A stretch of DNA of 64,000 nt, taken from the NCBI GenBank assembly GCA_003514055.1, contig DOSG01000001.1, positions 24,571 to 88,570 of the forward strand, given 5' to 3'. The DNA is from Candidatus Yanofskybacteria bacterium (GTDB lineage Bacteria; Patescibacteriota; Minisyncoccia; 2-02-FULL-40-12; GWA2-44-9). The position numbers and the translations under genes were made by a program. Position 1 is the first letter of the stretch. Every line of letters begins with the position of its first letter. Below, piece by piece: positions 17,756 through 27,972 of the stretch. The notes beneath the pieces are model-generated. The model was not told the origin of the DNA. It ran no database searches and was given only the letters and a program-made list of their open reading frames with translations.

Positions 17756-18718
17756 ATGACTAATGAAATTCCAAACAAACAGCCAGAACCAATATTAGAG
17801 AAAAAACCAGAAACGATTGATAATCTTATTCCAAAGCAGGAAAACAGAGATGGCTTGCTGGTTAATGTTATAGAAAACAAGAGATTAAAGGGAGAAATTT
17901 TGCCAGAACAACTAGGTGATTTTACTAAAATCGTGCATAGCCGTATCGCCGAAGAAATGGCACAAGAAAAAACCACTCTTCCCAAAGACAGACTCCAGGG
18001 GCTAGACGAAGAACTTGAGCGCAATCCCCAGATTGTAAAAGCGATTATAGAATCATTTGGCCTGGGCGTAGCCAGCGACTCGTTCATGCTTTATGGCCTC
18101 ATAAGAAAAACCAAAGATCTTATTAGAATAACCCTTAATTTCTACAATGAAACAAAGCCACGCGTAAGTCCCGGTGACGCAAAGCCAATTAGCGAGCGAA
18201 CCGATGATGATATTTTAAGAGCCTTGAAACAATTCTGGCCGGATGACGTAGATGGGCCAAATAAAACAGAATTTCCGCACGGTGATGATATTAATTATTA
18301 TTCCGGTAAAGATACTCTTATAGACGATGAGCATCCACGCTTTATGTTAGAGAGGGGTCATGCCGTGCCGGGCTATCGTTATATTTTTGGGCCTACTAGA
18401 AAAAATAAAACCGATTACGCCGAAAGCATGGGTTTATTCGGTGGGGCAGGAATTCTTACTCCAAAACCGACCGAAAGGGGTCCCATAGCCGAGGATGATG
18501 TAAAAAGAGTTGTAGATGGAGAATTGAAATTACATAATTTTTCACTTCGATTTAGGGACAATAGTGATATGGTTGGACAAAAATGGTACGAGCTTGTTAT
18601 GGGCTATCCTGCCGAATGGTATATAGCTGGCTCTGTAAAAAGTAAGATACTTTCGGATTATTTTAAAAAATATGTTATCCCTGAGATCAGAAAGAATTCA
18701 ACTAAAGTTGGGATTTAA
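17756..18718 (+). CDS. hypothetical protein
   Basis: 320-aa ORF. Confidence 0.45.
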   Translation: MTNEIPNKQPEPILEKKPETIDNLIPKQENRDGLLVNVIENKRLKGEILPEQLGDFTKIVHSRIAEEMAQEKTTLPKDRLQGLDEELERNPQIVKAIIESFGLGVASDSFMLYGLIRKTKDLIRITLNFYNETKPRVSPGDAKPISERTDDDILRALKQFWPDDVDGPNKTEFPHGDDINYYSGKDTLIDDEHPRFMLERGHAVPGYRYIFGPTRKNKTDYAESMGLFGGAGILTPKPTERGPIAEDDVKRVVDGELKLHNFSLRFRDNSDMVGQKWYELVMGYPAEWYIAGSVKSKILSDYFKKYVIPEIRKNSTKVGI

Positions 18719-18965
18719 ATGATCGTAATCAAAATATAGTGCAGGCAGTATAGATAAAAGAATTGAGATGATAGTCAAGGATGATAAAAGTTTATTTGTG
18801 CAATATTTAGCAAAAAGAAAGTAACTTAACGACCCATCTATAATTAGTTCGAATCGTAGCTCGGCAGCCAAGGTTGGGAGTATCGAGGTGCCCTATGTGC
18901 GTCGATATTCGCCTCACTTGCTATTCCATTGAGGCATACTGGCTGAGCGCCGCATTCAAGACCTA

Positions 18966-18991
18966 AAACCGCCGATATCGGCGGTTTTATA
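18966..18991 (+). terminator. hairpin terminator 250 nt after preceding gene (possible end of a small RNA or leader)
   Basis: ACCGCCGATATCGGCGGT + TTTT. Confidence 0.5.
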
Positions 18992-19027
18992 TTTGCTCAC
19001 TTTCTGTCATAATGATAATAATTACTT

Positions 19028-20059
19028 ATGAATTTTAAGGTTATCAATCAAAAATTAAACGACTTACTAACCTCGCTTGGTCTAACTAGAAAACAGGGAT
19101 TTTATGCTGCCCTGTCTGTAGGAGTAATTATTCTAGCCCTTATTTCCTATGTGGCCTTATTTACTGCACCCCAAAATAACACTGGCTTAGAAATATTTTC
19201 GGTTGAGGCTGATCTATCAAGCAAAGGTAATGTCGCTCAAAGTTTGGAATACAAAGGCTTTGTTAAGAGTTCTTTGGGGTTCCAGATAGCTTTTGCTTTG
19301 CGTGGGAATAAAGAAATTCGATCTGGTGCATATCAGATTTCCAAATCTATGAATGTTTGGGAGATTGCCAAGATATTAAACGGAGAGCCGACTTTGAAAT
19401 GGGTTACGATTCCTGAAGGGCTACGAAAAGAAGAGATAGCCGATATTCTCGCAATGACTCTTAAGTGGAGCGATGAGGATAAGCTTAAATGGATTACCAC
19501 GTATACGGCAATGGAGTATGATTATATGGAAGGAGTCTACTTCCCCGATACTTATCTCATCCCCATCAATGAGACACCGCTTCAGGTAGCAAATCGTCTC
19601 CGAGCTCACTTTGAAGAAAAGTTTGCACCATTTGCTCAAGAAGCTTTGAAACAAAATATTAAATGGGATACTGCCCTTAAACTTGCTTCGATTGTTCAAA
19701 GAGAAGCCGCGGGCAAAGACGACATGTCATTAATTGCTGGGGTACTTTGGAATCGCTTACTCAAAGGTATGAAATTGGAAGTGGATGCGACGGTACAGTA
19801 TGCTCGTGGAAAAACTGCTCAGGGTTGGTGGACACCGATTAAACCAGCAGATAAACAGATCCAATCAGCATATAATACCTATTTGAATAAAGGATTACCG
19901 CCTCATCCGATTTCAAATCCTGGCATAGACGCTATTAACGCTACGCTGAATTCAACTGAGACAAAGTGTCTATATTATCTCCACGAAGAGTCGGGAATAA
20001 TCCACTGTGCGGAGACATACGAAGAGCATTTGAGTAATATAGAAAAATATTTAAAATGA
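19028..20059 (+). CDS. mltG: endolytic murein transglycosylase MltG (YceG family)
   Basis: N-terminal TM; YceG-like domain (GVYFPDTYLIP...). Confidence 0.75.
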   Translation: MNFKVINQKLNDLLTSLGLTRKQGFYAALSVGVIILALISYVALFTAPQNNTGLEIFSVEADLSSKGNVAQSLEYKGFVKSSLGFQIAFALRGNKEIRSGAYQISKSMNVWEIAKILNGEPTLKWVTIPEGLRKEEIADILAMTLKWSDEDKLKWITTYTAMEYDYMEGVYFPDTYLIPINETPLQVANRLRAHFEEKFAPFAQEALKQNIKWDTALKLASIVQREAAGKDDMSLIAGVLWNRLLKGMKLEVDATVQYARGKTAQGWWTPIKPADKQIQSAYNTYLNKGLPPHPISNPGIDAINATLNSTETKCLYYLHEESGIIHCAETYEEHLSNIEKYLK

Positions 20060-20065
20060 TTCCCG

Positions 20066-20431
20066 ATGTCTATGCCTTACGATGAATGGAAAGCTATCAC
20101 TGATGCCATGTATGGCGGGAAGATTTCGGACCATGAAGCGACGAACCAGTTAGTTGAACTGTTGAAGAAGAATGGAATAAATCAGCGTTCGCCTGACCAT
20201 GATTATCTTGCGGCAAGCTACTTTGTTTATGACAAAGAAAATTGGGCGACACAAGAGAACAAACCTCTGGGGCTAGGCTTGCTTTATAAAAAGCCTGACG
20301 GAACAAATACTCAAGATATTTTTATAGCTCATCCGAATGGTCATATTGAAAGATATTATTCGGAACAAGAAATGGTAGAAAAATACCCCAGTATGGTAGG
20401 GGTTCACAAGAAAACCCATCCCCAATTTTAA
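20066..20431 (+). CDS. hypothetical protein
   Basis: 121-aa ORF. Confidence 0.4.
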   Translation: MSMPYDEWKAITDAMYGGKISDHEATNQLVELLKKNGINQRSPDHDYLAASYFVYDKENWATQENKPLGLGLLYKKPDGTNTQDIFIAHPNGHIERYYSEQEMVEKYPSMVGVHKKTHPQF

Positions 20432-20433
20432 GA

Positions 20434-21735
20434 TTACTCTATCGTTAGCACCTTGTCTTTAAGGACTATCCGGTTCTTAAGATGAGAGAGTATTTGACGC
20501 TTCTCATCTGTTGCTCCGGATTTTAATACGTGTTTGGCGTAATTTTTTATATCAAAATCTTGTAGTTTAAATTCTTGCCTCTCAATGCCTAGCATTGCCT
20601 GAAAGTTTTGATGCCGTTCGATATCTTCTTTGAGATGATTTCGGAGTCCCAACTCATCCAGACTCATCGTATCAATCAGACCAATGAGTTGAAGAATAAG
20701 ATCTTCTTCGCGAAGATAGGTGATGGGGCAATTAATATCTTTCGTCCGAGTACAGCCGTAGTAGATATAAGTGGCTATGCCACCGCCAGCGAGTTTCTTA
20801 TGTTTTTCTTGGGCCGTAACTCCCGAGCTACAATGTCCGCATCGCATGAGTCTGGTAAATGCGAAGTCCTTAGATAGGTAGCGGAACTCACTTTCCCGCT
20901 TCATTGCCTCGCGGGTGCGCAAGTACAACTCTTTACTGATAAGGGGTTCGTGCTGACCTTTGTACCAAGTACCGCTACCGGCAGGGTATTGGAATTCACC
21001 CATATAAAGAGAAGTACTCAATATTTTTTGAACACTAGAAACCCAGATCGGTTTGTTATGTATTGTCTGGAAATTTATTTCTCGCAACCATCGGTATACT
21101 TTTCGACCACTCCAACCGTCATTGCCAACCTTTTCGAACATCTGTGTGATAATCGGAGCACGCTCAGGATCGGGTATTATGTAACCCTTACGGTCCGTTC
21201 TCATTTCATTAAGATATCCAGTCGGAGCAGGACAAGGCCAGAGGCCCATCTCACACTTAGCCCGCAAGCCCCTTTTTACATTTACACCCTTCTGATCGTT
21301 TTCTAGTTTGCCTTGTGCCCCGAGAATCATGAATAGGAACTTCTCACTCGGGCTATTTGTGAATCTCTGGCCGTATGTCCGAATTTCTATTAGAAGCTTT
21401 TGATCCAGTAAGTCGACTATTGAACCCAAGTCTCCAGCGTTACGGCTGAGGCGGTCTGGTGCCCAAGAAAGGATGGCATTGAATTTATCGTTCTTAATAT
21501 CCTGAATCAGTCTATTAAACTCAGGCCGTTGTCCGGCCGCTTTGGCAGAATGGGATTCTTGTCTTACATCTGTCACTTGCAAGCCATCCTTTTGAGCCAG
21601 TTGGAGCATCTCCTTAATCTGGCTATCTATACTCATCGTCTGTCGCTCGTCCGATTCACTCGACTTGCGGGCATATAGACAGTACCGCAAAGACTCCCCA
21701 TAAGTCCCTAAATTGCCTTGTTGTGTGTTTTCCAT
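20434..21735 (-). CDS. large serine recombinase (resolvase/invertase catalytic domain + recombinase domain + zinc ribbon)
   Basis: YARKSSESD catalytic Ser region, ...DRLSRN, C-terminal CGHCSS...YYGCTR. Confidence 0.85.
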   Translation of the reverse strand: MENTQQGNLGTYGESLRYCLYARKSSESDERQTMSIDSQIKEMLQLAQKDGLQVTDVRQESHSAKAAGQRPEFNRLIQDIKNDKFNAILSWAPDRLSRNAGDLGSIVDLLDQKLLIEIRTYGQRFTNSPSEKFLFMILGAQGKLENDQKGVNVKRGLRAKCEMGLWPCPAPTGYLNEMRTDRKGYIIPDPERAPIITQMFEKVGNDGWSGRKVYRWLREINFQTIHNKPIWVSSVQKILSTSLYMGEFQYPAGSGTWYKGQHEPLISKELYLRTREAMKRESEFRYLSKDFAFTRLMRCGHCSSGVTAQEKHKKLAGGGIATYIYYGCTRTKDINCPITYLREEDLILQLIGLIDTMSLDELGLRNHLKEDIERHQNFQAMLGIERQEFKLQDFDIKNYAKHVLKSGATDEKRQILSHLKNRIVLKDKVLTIE

Positions 21736-21837
21736 ACCAACATTGATGACGCGACCTTGTTCTATCGTCCAGACCTGAGTTGGTAAGTTTTATTGTAAAG
21801 AAAGAGCCCGCGAAGACTTGCACGATTGTGTGGGTCT

Positions 21838-22030
21838 TTCACGGGCATATGTGCAGTAGTCAAATGGGAATTGAACCCATACTAACTTAGAAATTGAGCG
21901 TGGAGGGCATTTAATTCTCCAGTCCCCAGTTAAGGGGTCATATCCCGCCTTCCCTTCGTCGAAACGAAGAGGCGGGGCCTCAATCTCCGTAGAACAGCCG
22001 TGCTTCCATGACACTGTTGGCTACCGTACC
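21838..22030 (-). other. structured noncoding element next to recombinase (candidate att site or unidentified ncRNA)
   Basis: minus-strand tRNA-like T-arm ATGGG-TTCAATT-CCCAT; GNRA-capped hairpin CCCCGCCTCTTCG-TTTCGA-CGAAGGGAAGGCGGG; no ORF. Confidence 0.35.
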
Positions 22031-22120
22031 TATATATTAACATATCTTTTTACGATTGACAAGGTTGGCTAAATTTGTTAAAATCTCAACAATAGTAGCC
22101 CTTTTTCAAAGAGGTGATTC

Positions 22121-22939
22121 GTGAGAGCTCCATTGTATATCGGTGTGACGGGGTTTATGACCCCACAAGAAGTCCGTGCCGGCCTGCGGTGCTTTGAGGC
22201 ATCGTCAGACCGCAAGCTCATGGTGGGTGTGCTCGTCAGTTCCAAGACGCTCGTCGGCAAGATCAACAAGTGGCCTGGCCGTTATCCGAAAGTCGACAGC
22301 AGGATTACCGAGCTGTTCGAGAAACAGAAGCTCGACGCGTACAAGGTCTTCCAGCGACACGAATGCGCGGTCAACCTCATTCACTACAACACGGATGAGC
22401 CGAAGACGCTGTCTGAACAACTCATCAAACTCGCGCACATGTATGGTCCGAATCTCGACGGCTTCCAGCTCAACGTCGCGTGGCCGCACGTGAGCGAGAT
22501 CGAGAAGTTCCACGCGTCGACTCACTGGGAACAGCGTCTCGTCTTGCAGGTCGGTGGTCATGCGCTGGAGAAAGTCGACCACGACCCAAAGAAGCTCGCT
22601 GACATGATCAGTCACTACGGCGGTTCGGTCAGAGTGATCAACGACGTTCTCATCGATCCGAGCGGCGGCAAGGGCCAGCCCTTCGACGCCGAGAAAGCAC
22701 TCAGCTACCTGAAAGAGATTGCCAGCCGAGGGTTCGACATCAATCTCGGCGTCGCTGGCGGTCTCGGCCCAGACACCATGGCGTTGCTCAATCCGTTGCT
22801 GGATGACTTTCCTGATCTGAACATCGATGCGGAAGGTCAACTGCGCGACAAGGAGACGGACGACCTCGACATCATCAAGATGTCGTCCTACCTCACGCAG
22901 GCACAGCAGTGGTTCGCAACCACCAGTAAGGGGGCTTAG
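22121..22939 (+). CDS. TIM-barrel protein, TrpF/PRAI-like (tentative); GC-rich foreign gene
   Basis: IDPSGGKGQPFD and GVAGGLGPD resemble PRAI phosphate-binding motifs; ~58% GC. Confidence 0.45.
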   Translation: MRAPLYIGVTGFMTPQEVRAGLRCFEASSDRKLMVGVLVSSKTLVGKINKWPGRYPKVDSRITELFEKQKLDAYKVFQRHECAVNLIHYNTDEPKTLSEQLIKLAHMYGPNLDGFQLNVAWPHVSEIEKFHASTHWEQRLVLQVGGHALEKVDHDPKKLADMISHYGGSVRVINDVLIDPSGGKGQPFDAEKALSYLKEIASRGFDINLGVAGGLGPDTMALLNPLLDDFPDLNIDAEGQLRDKETDDLDIIKMSSYLTQAQQWFATTSKGA

Positions 22940-23000
22940 CCCCGCAAGAGAGATCCCGTACAGAAATGTACGATCTTCTGTGCGGGGCTCTTTTGTTTTA
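22937..23000. terminator. long bidirectional hairpin terminator between convergent genes
   Basis: GCCCCGCA...TGCGGGGC extended hairpin followed by TCTTTTGTTTT. Confidence 0.55.
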
Positions 23001-23017
23001 ATATAACTAAGTTAAGA

Positions 23018-23599
23018 TTACTTACCCTCAAGATCACTCTCTAAGGCTTTCCGTACTCGTTCTTTATGTGCTTCGGACTCTTTGACCCTTCGATCTATCC
23101 TCTCGTGTTCTCTCCGAATGGCTTCTTTAAGGTCTTTGGGAGTCATCTTGAAGGAGAACATCGGAGCGAACATATGAATCAAAGCCGCGGCTCGTTGCTT
23201 ATCTTCTTCAGGTGTAAGGTCATGCCATGTATTATCAACGCTGATGCCGTGGTCGTGCTTCATGTGTTCGGTGAACTCTTCTTTCCTATGAGTCTTAAGC
23301 CAAAAAATACTAGCCACAAGATTACCATCACCAATCTTCTTGATGATCTGGCTCTCAGCCATATCAGAAATGAAGTCTTTACCTTCTCTGCGAGATTCCT
23401 GAAAGACATCTGCAAAGATAGCATCATCTTTAATCCAACGGTATGCCGTTGATCGGCTTACACCGATACGAGTACACGCAATCTGGAGAACGGGTTGTTT
23501 GCGTAGCTCTATAACTAGTTCCTGTTTTTGTTTTAGTATTCGAGCGGCAATGGTTTCAGCTTTTTTATCCGTTTTGGTAGATTTTTGTTTCTTACCCAT
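23018..23599 (-). CDS. HTH protein, phage terminase small-subunit-like
   Basis: ACTRIGVSRSTAYRWIKDD helix-turn-helix; basic N-terminus; layout typical of TerS. Confidence 0.45.
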   Translation of the reverse strand: MGKKQKSTKTDKKAETIAARILKQKQELVIELRKQPVLQIACTRIGVSRSTAYRWIKDDAIFADVFQESRREGKDFISDMAESQIIKKIGDGNLVASIFWLKTHRKEEFTEHMKHDHGISVDNTWHDLTPEEDKQRAAALIHMFAPMFSFKMTPKDLKEAIRREHERIDRRVKESEAHKERVRKALESDLEGK

Positions 23600-23611
23600 A
23601 GGATAAATAGG

Positions 23612-24793
23612 TTAATTAATTTTTGTAGCTACTTTGCCAGTTAGTTTTTCCCAACGTGCCTTAATAACCTCGGCATAGGTCGGAGACTTCTCCATGAGGT
23701 AGCATCGACGACCAAGTTTGATTGATGCAATCAGCGTACTGCCTGAGCCGCCAAACGGCTCTACCACGAGGTCGCCACGCTTAGTAAGTACCTTGAGATA
23801 AGGAATGAGAACTTCAAGTGGCTTGGTACCGAAGATGATACCTTGCCCTGATGACTTTTCATCGGCGGCGATATGCTCAATGAAGTCAGTCGGACAAATC
23901 TGTTCGCCTTTTTTGTACCCCTCCCAGTGCGGTTTGCCCGCAGTGGCATAGAGGGCTGTCTCGTATTCGCTTTGGAAGAGTTCATCTGTTTCCGGTTCGG
24001 TATTCAGGGGAACATCTCCAGAAGTACCCACCACAGCGATGTCGCTTTTGTTGAAGAACTTATACTTAGCACTAAAGCCTTGAACCCTATTAGGGACATG
24101 CCAAATAATGGTGTTGCGATAGCGCCAATGCTTTTCCAATTCATTCCAGATAGTTCGAAGATTCTTCGGATTCTCAAAGATGATAATGGAGAAATCAGGC
24201 TTCTGTATTTTAGCTATACCAGCCATCCAAAGTTCAGTGAAGTTATCCGGCAGAGTATCTGTCTCTAAGTACTTACGGTTTTTCTTTAACCCAAAGCCTT
24301 CCACAGGCTTTCCATTTTTCGTCTTGCCTTTGAGGTAGTTTAAAATGTAAGGAGGATCAGTTAGACATAGGTCTGCTTTGTCTTTACCCATCAGTTTAAG
24401 CATCTCGGATTCTACAGTACTATCTCCACACCCAAGCCGACTGCCATCCAATTCATAGATGTCGCCCTTTTGTATTTTGACCTCCATGATATTGAGCTTT
24501 TCTAATTCTTTCTTGATGTTGAATTGCTCGGGAGTGGGGTCAACGGCAAATATGTTGTCGAGGCTTTGGCTATCAAATCCGATATCAGCGAGAAATGCCT
24601 CGTCAAAATCTTTTAAGAGGTCAAGATCAAACTCCCCAACATTTTTGTTTAGTCGGATTATAATCTCAGATTCCTTTTTGAGGTCTGATACAGTAATGTA
24701 GACAACAGGAACGTCTTTGATTCCCATCTCTTTCAATACTTTTGCTCTAAAGTTACCACCAATAATAATGTTCTTTCGATTGGGGGGCATCAT
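23612..24793 (-). CDS. ParB-like nuclease domain / DNA methyltransferase (DPPY), C-terminal major part of frameshifted gene
   Basis: LCLTDPPY motif IV, FGGSGST motif I; N-terminus continues ParB domain of 24753..24935. Confidence 0.75.
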   Translation of the reverse strand: MMPPNRKNIIIGGNFRAKVLKEMGIKDVPVVYITVSDLKKESEIIIRLNKNVGEFDLDLLKDFDEAFLADIGFDSQSLDNIFAVDPTPEQFNIKKELEKLNIMEVKIQKGDIYELDGSRLGCGDSTVESEMLKLMGKDKADLCLTDPPYILNYLKGKTKNGKPVEGFGLKKNRKYLETDTLPDNFTELWMAGIAKIQKPDFSIIIFENPKNLRTIWNELEKHWRYRNTIIWHVPNRVQGFSAKYKFFNKSDIAVVGTSGDVPLNTEPETDELFQSEYETALYATAGKPHWEGYKKGEQICPTDFIEHIAADEKSSGQGIIFGTKPLEVLIPYLKVLTKRGDLVVEPFGGSGSTLIASIKLGRRCYLMEKSPTYAEVIKARWEKLTGKVATKIN

Positions 24794-24935
24794 TTACAAT
24801 CAGTGGATCAATTATTCCATGACGATTGATACTTTCCTGAAGTTGTTCGGTGGCTTCTTTCGTCCAGCGTCTTGGATTTTTTTCTGGGTGACGAAGCGAT
24901 GCTAACGGTACGTAAACTATCTTGAGTTGTGACAT
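24753..24935 (-). CDS. ParB N-terminal fragment (same gene, upstream frame)
   Basis: VPLASLRHPEKNPRRW...IIDPLIVND; joins downstream frame if the G6 run at 24784-24789 were G5. Confidence 0.6.
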   Translation of the reverse strand: MSQLKIVYVPLASLRHPEKNPRRWTKEATEQLQESINRHGIIDPLIVNDAPQSKEHYYWW

Positions 24936-25450
24936 GACGGTACATAGGTTGTTATTTTATATGTCCGTTTAGGTATCAGTTTAGGTCTTCAAAAAGAGAA
25001 GACTCCCAATTGAATAGAGCGAGATCGACCAGATCGCTCAATACAATTTAGGGAGTCTGCTTAAGAATTATCCTCATTATATATCCACCCAAAAGATGAG
25101 CAATACCTAACTGTGGATAAGACCACATGTGTAAATACTGTCAATAACGTAAATTGGGCCACTGTTGGTAAGGCCCCTTCGCAACCCCTCAATACTAAGG
25201 TAGAAGGGAGGGTGGTCATTTAGCTCTCAAACTGCTAAAATACCCTTAACAATTCAGACCTAACCCCTAAGATTCGTCTCAGGATATGGTCAAAAATCCC
25301 GCTAGAGAATAAAAGACTCCTCGTCCGGAGTCGCTCTAGCGGGTCACGTCTCGAAAGGGATGTGGGTGAAGCCGAAAGGTTTCATCGCAACGGGCGGGGA
25401 GTCTTTTGCGTCCAGACTCTCTGTCTTGCACTTAAAACCCGCTAGAGTGC

Positions 25451-26011
25451 ATGCATAACAATATTCAACCCAAGGGCGACGCTCTTGGGTTTCTTGATTC
25501 TTATCCATCCGATAAGGAGACAATTATTTTACCTTCTGGGAGTTCAGTCGAGGTAAAGAAATATATCCTCAAGTTTAAAGCATGGCAGGGCGATAAGCCC
25601 GTTTTTGATTTTGGTCGAAAGCCGATTATTGATTTTGATGGCGAAGGTTGTTTTGCCGAGCTCGCAATATTACGAATGTTTTTGAAAAATGGCTGGCAGG
25701 GTGTTTGGGTTGAAGCATATGGCGGTACTCATTTTTTAAATTCTATGCCCACCAGCTGGTCACTTAAACCAGAACATATTTCTATACCTGAAGAAAAAGA
25801 AAAACTACTTAAGAGAATCTGGATGGCCGGTAAAACGAAAGCTTGTTTCGATGTAGTTGTTTGGCAAGATGACAAAATCCTATTTTGCGAAGCCAAACGA
25901 TCCAAAAAGGACCGTCTTACCAAAGCACAGGAAAAGTTTATCCAAGGCGTAATAACTTGCGGCATTCCATTGTCCGCACTCATTATTATCGAATGGGATT
26001 TCCAGCCATAA
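25451..26011 (+). CDS. VRR-NUC-like PD-(D/E)xK nuclease
   Basis: FDVVVWQDDKILFCEAKRSKKDRLTKAQ (D...E-x-K...Q). Confidence 0.55.
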   Translation: MHNNIQPKGDALGFLDSYPSDKETIILPSGSSVEVKKYILKFKAWQGDKPVFDFGRKPIIDFDGEGCFAELAILRMFLKNGWQGVWVEAYGGTHFLNSMPTSWSLKPEHISIPEEKEKLLKRIWMAGKTKACFDVVVWQDDKILFCEAKRSKKDRLTKAQEKFIQGVITCGIPLSALIIIEWDFQP

Positions 26012-26053
26012 AGGCCCTTTATCTAACAGAGAAATTAAGCTAAACTAGTATTA

Positions 26054-27970
26054 ATGAAGAAATCTCTCATAGAAGAACTACCTAAAATTGTTGCTGATGG
26101 CAGAAAAGAGGTTGAGGAGATTCTCGAACGGCTTTCAAGTACCAGTAAACTCGGGCTTCAAACAAATGAGCTTGTTCTGCCCGCTAAAGATACAGCTGGA
26201 CTTTTCCAAGGACAAGTAACCGAAGTAAATGAAAAAGAATGGATGAACCGACTTATCTACGGAGATAATCTTTTAGCTATGCAAGCATTGCTTGCAGGCG
26301 ATCCATCCAGTGGACTTCCTAGTATGCGAGGCAAGATTGATTTGATTTATATAGATCCACCATTTGATTCAAAGGCTGACTATCGCACGAAAGTGACTCT
26401 TCCTGGTGTTGATTTAGAGCAGAAGCCGACGGTTATCGAGCAATTTGCATATGCTGACACTTGGAAAGACGGCACAGTGTCATACTTAAAGATGCTCTAT
26501 CCTCGACTTGTATTAATGCGGGAACTTTTGTCTGATAAGGGAACAATCTATGTGCACATTGACTGGCATGTTGGGTGTTATGTTAGGGCATTATTAGATG
26601 ATGTCTTCGGGAAAAGTAATCTTATAAACGAGATTATTTGGAATAAAGGTTTCAGAGGCACTGAATCCAAGAAAATTTTTCAACATTCCCACGATTCGAT
26701 CTTCTTTTATGGGAAATCTCAAGATTATATATGGAATCAGCAAGGGCAACCATACAAAGATGAAAGTTTGGGAAGATATAATAAAATCGATGAGGAGGGG
26801 AAGAGATACGCAGAAATAAAAAGAGTTAGAACTGACGGGTCTATATACTATGGAAAAACTTACCCAAATGAGGATGGTAAAAAGATTAACGACGTTATCT
26901 CTCATGTCCCAACTATGGCATCTACCAATTCTGAGCGCATAGGTTACGATACCCAGAAACCCGAAGCTTTGTTGGAAATATTAATCAAATCTTCATCGAA
27001 TGAAGGCGATGTGGTTGCCGACTTTTTTGGTGGATCTGGCACTACTGCCGCAGCAGCAGAAAAACTTAATCGTAATTGGATTATTTCTGATCTTGGCAAG
27101 CCAGCGGCAATGATTATGAGGAAACGGTTAATTGACCAGAACTCAAAGCCATTTTTATACCAAGCCATCGGAGACTACCAAAAGGAGGTTTTCTCAAGCT
27201 CGAAAATGTATCGAAGAGTTGGGGATTTATCCCATGTTGTTCTCCAGTTATTTGGTGCAATACCTTTTGCTGACGTAGAGCAACACCAAAGGAATCTCGG
27301 CTACATTAAGGAGAGTAAAACATTAATTTTAGTAGATTCTCCAAACAAGATGACGGGTCTCGCAACCTTAAAACGTGCACAAGAATTACGCAATTCGTTT
27401 ATGGGTGGTTGGCAAAAAGTGGTAGTTCTGGGTTGGAATTTCACTTACGATATTACAGAAGCAATCCAATCACTTAATGACGATAAATTAGAAGTTTTGG
27501 TCATCCCTCCAGATCTATTAGATAAATTGAAAACAAAAGCTAGTTATAAAAATCTTGTAGATAGTGGAAAGGTGCGTTTTTCCTCACTACAATACTTGTC
27601 TCTCAAGCCAATCAGAAAAGAAAATACTACCAAAGAAAACGAAGAGCAGATTATAGTTCCATTGGATACCTACGTGCTTTTATCGCCAGATAATGTACCA
27701 CTTGATGACAAAGATAGAGAGAAGCTATCGGGAATCATTGCCAAAGATCCACTAGCTCTCATCGAGTATTGGAGCGTAGATCCTGATTACGATGGCGAAA
27801 CTTTTCGTAGTAGATGGCAAGATTATCGTGGCAATATAGAGAATGATAGAGATGAGCTTCATGTTATCCGAGAAGCCAGAATTATTGTGCCTAAAAAATC
27901 AAAACGAACCATAGCGGTTAAAGCCGTCGATGTTTTTGGTTTTGAAAGTGTTGTTATAAAAGAAATTTAG
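26054..27970 (+). CDS. mod: Type III restriction-modification Mod (N6-adenine/N4-cytosine methyltransferase, beta class)
   Basis: [10 protein letters not shown] (motif IV) precedes [10 protein letters not shown] (motif I); 638 aa; directly upstream of res. Confidence 0.85.
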   Translation: MKKSLIEELPKIVADGRKEVEEILERLSSTSKLGLQTNELVLPAKDTAGLFQGQVTEVNEKEWMNRLIYGDNLLAMQALLAGDPSSGLPSMRGKIDLIYIDPPFDSKADYRTKVTLPGVDLEQKPTVIEQFAYADTWKDGTVSYLKMLYPRLVLMRELLSDKGTIYVHIDWHVGCYVRALLDDVFGKSNLINEIIWNKGFRGTESKKIFQHSHDSIFFYGKSQDYIWNQQGQPYKDESLGRYNKIDEEGKRYAEIKRVRTDGSIYYGKTYPNEDGKKINDVISHVPTMASTNSERIGYDTQKPEALLEILIKSSSNEGDVVADFFGGSGTTAAAAEKLNRNWIISDLGKPAAMIMRKRLIDQNSKPFLYQAIGDYQKEVFSSSKMYRRVGDLSHVVLQLFGAIPFADVEQHQRNLGYIKESKTLILVDSPNKMTGLATLKRAQELRNSFMGGWQKVVVLGWNFTYDITEAIQSLNDDKLEVLVIPPDLLDKLKTKASYKNLVDSGKVRFSSLQYLSLKPIRKENTTKENEEQIIVPLDTYVLLSPDNVPLDDKDREKLSGIIAKDPLALIEYWSVDPDYDGETFRSRWQDYRGNIENDRDELHVIREARIIVPKKSKRTIAVKAVDVFGFESVVIKEI

Positions 27971-27972
27971 CT

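Noticed and set aside
21838-22030. Calling this element a tRNA or tmRNA gene
   Set aside because: Only a T-arm-like motif is present. I could not pair an acceptor stem or anticodon arm, and there is no CCA or tag-peptide reading frame. Reported as an unresolved structured element instead.`
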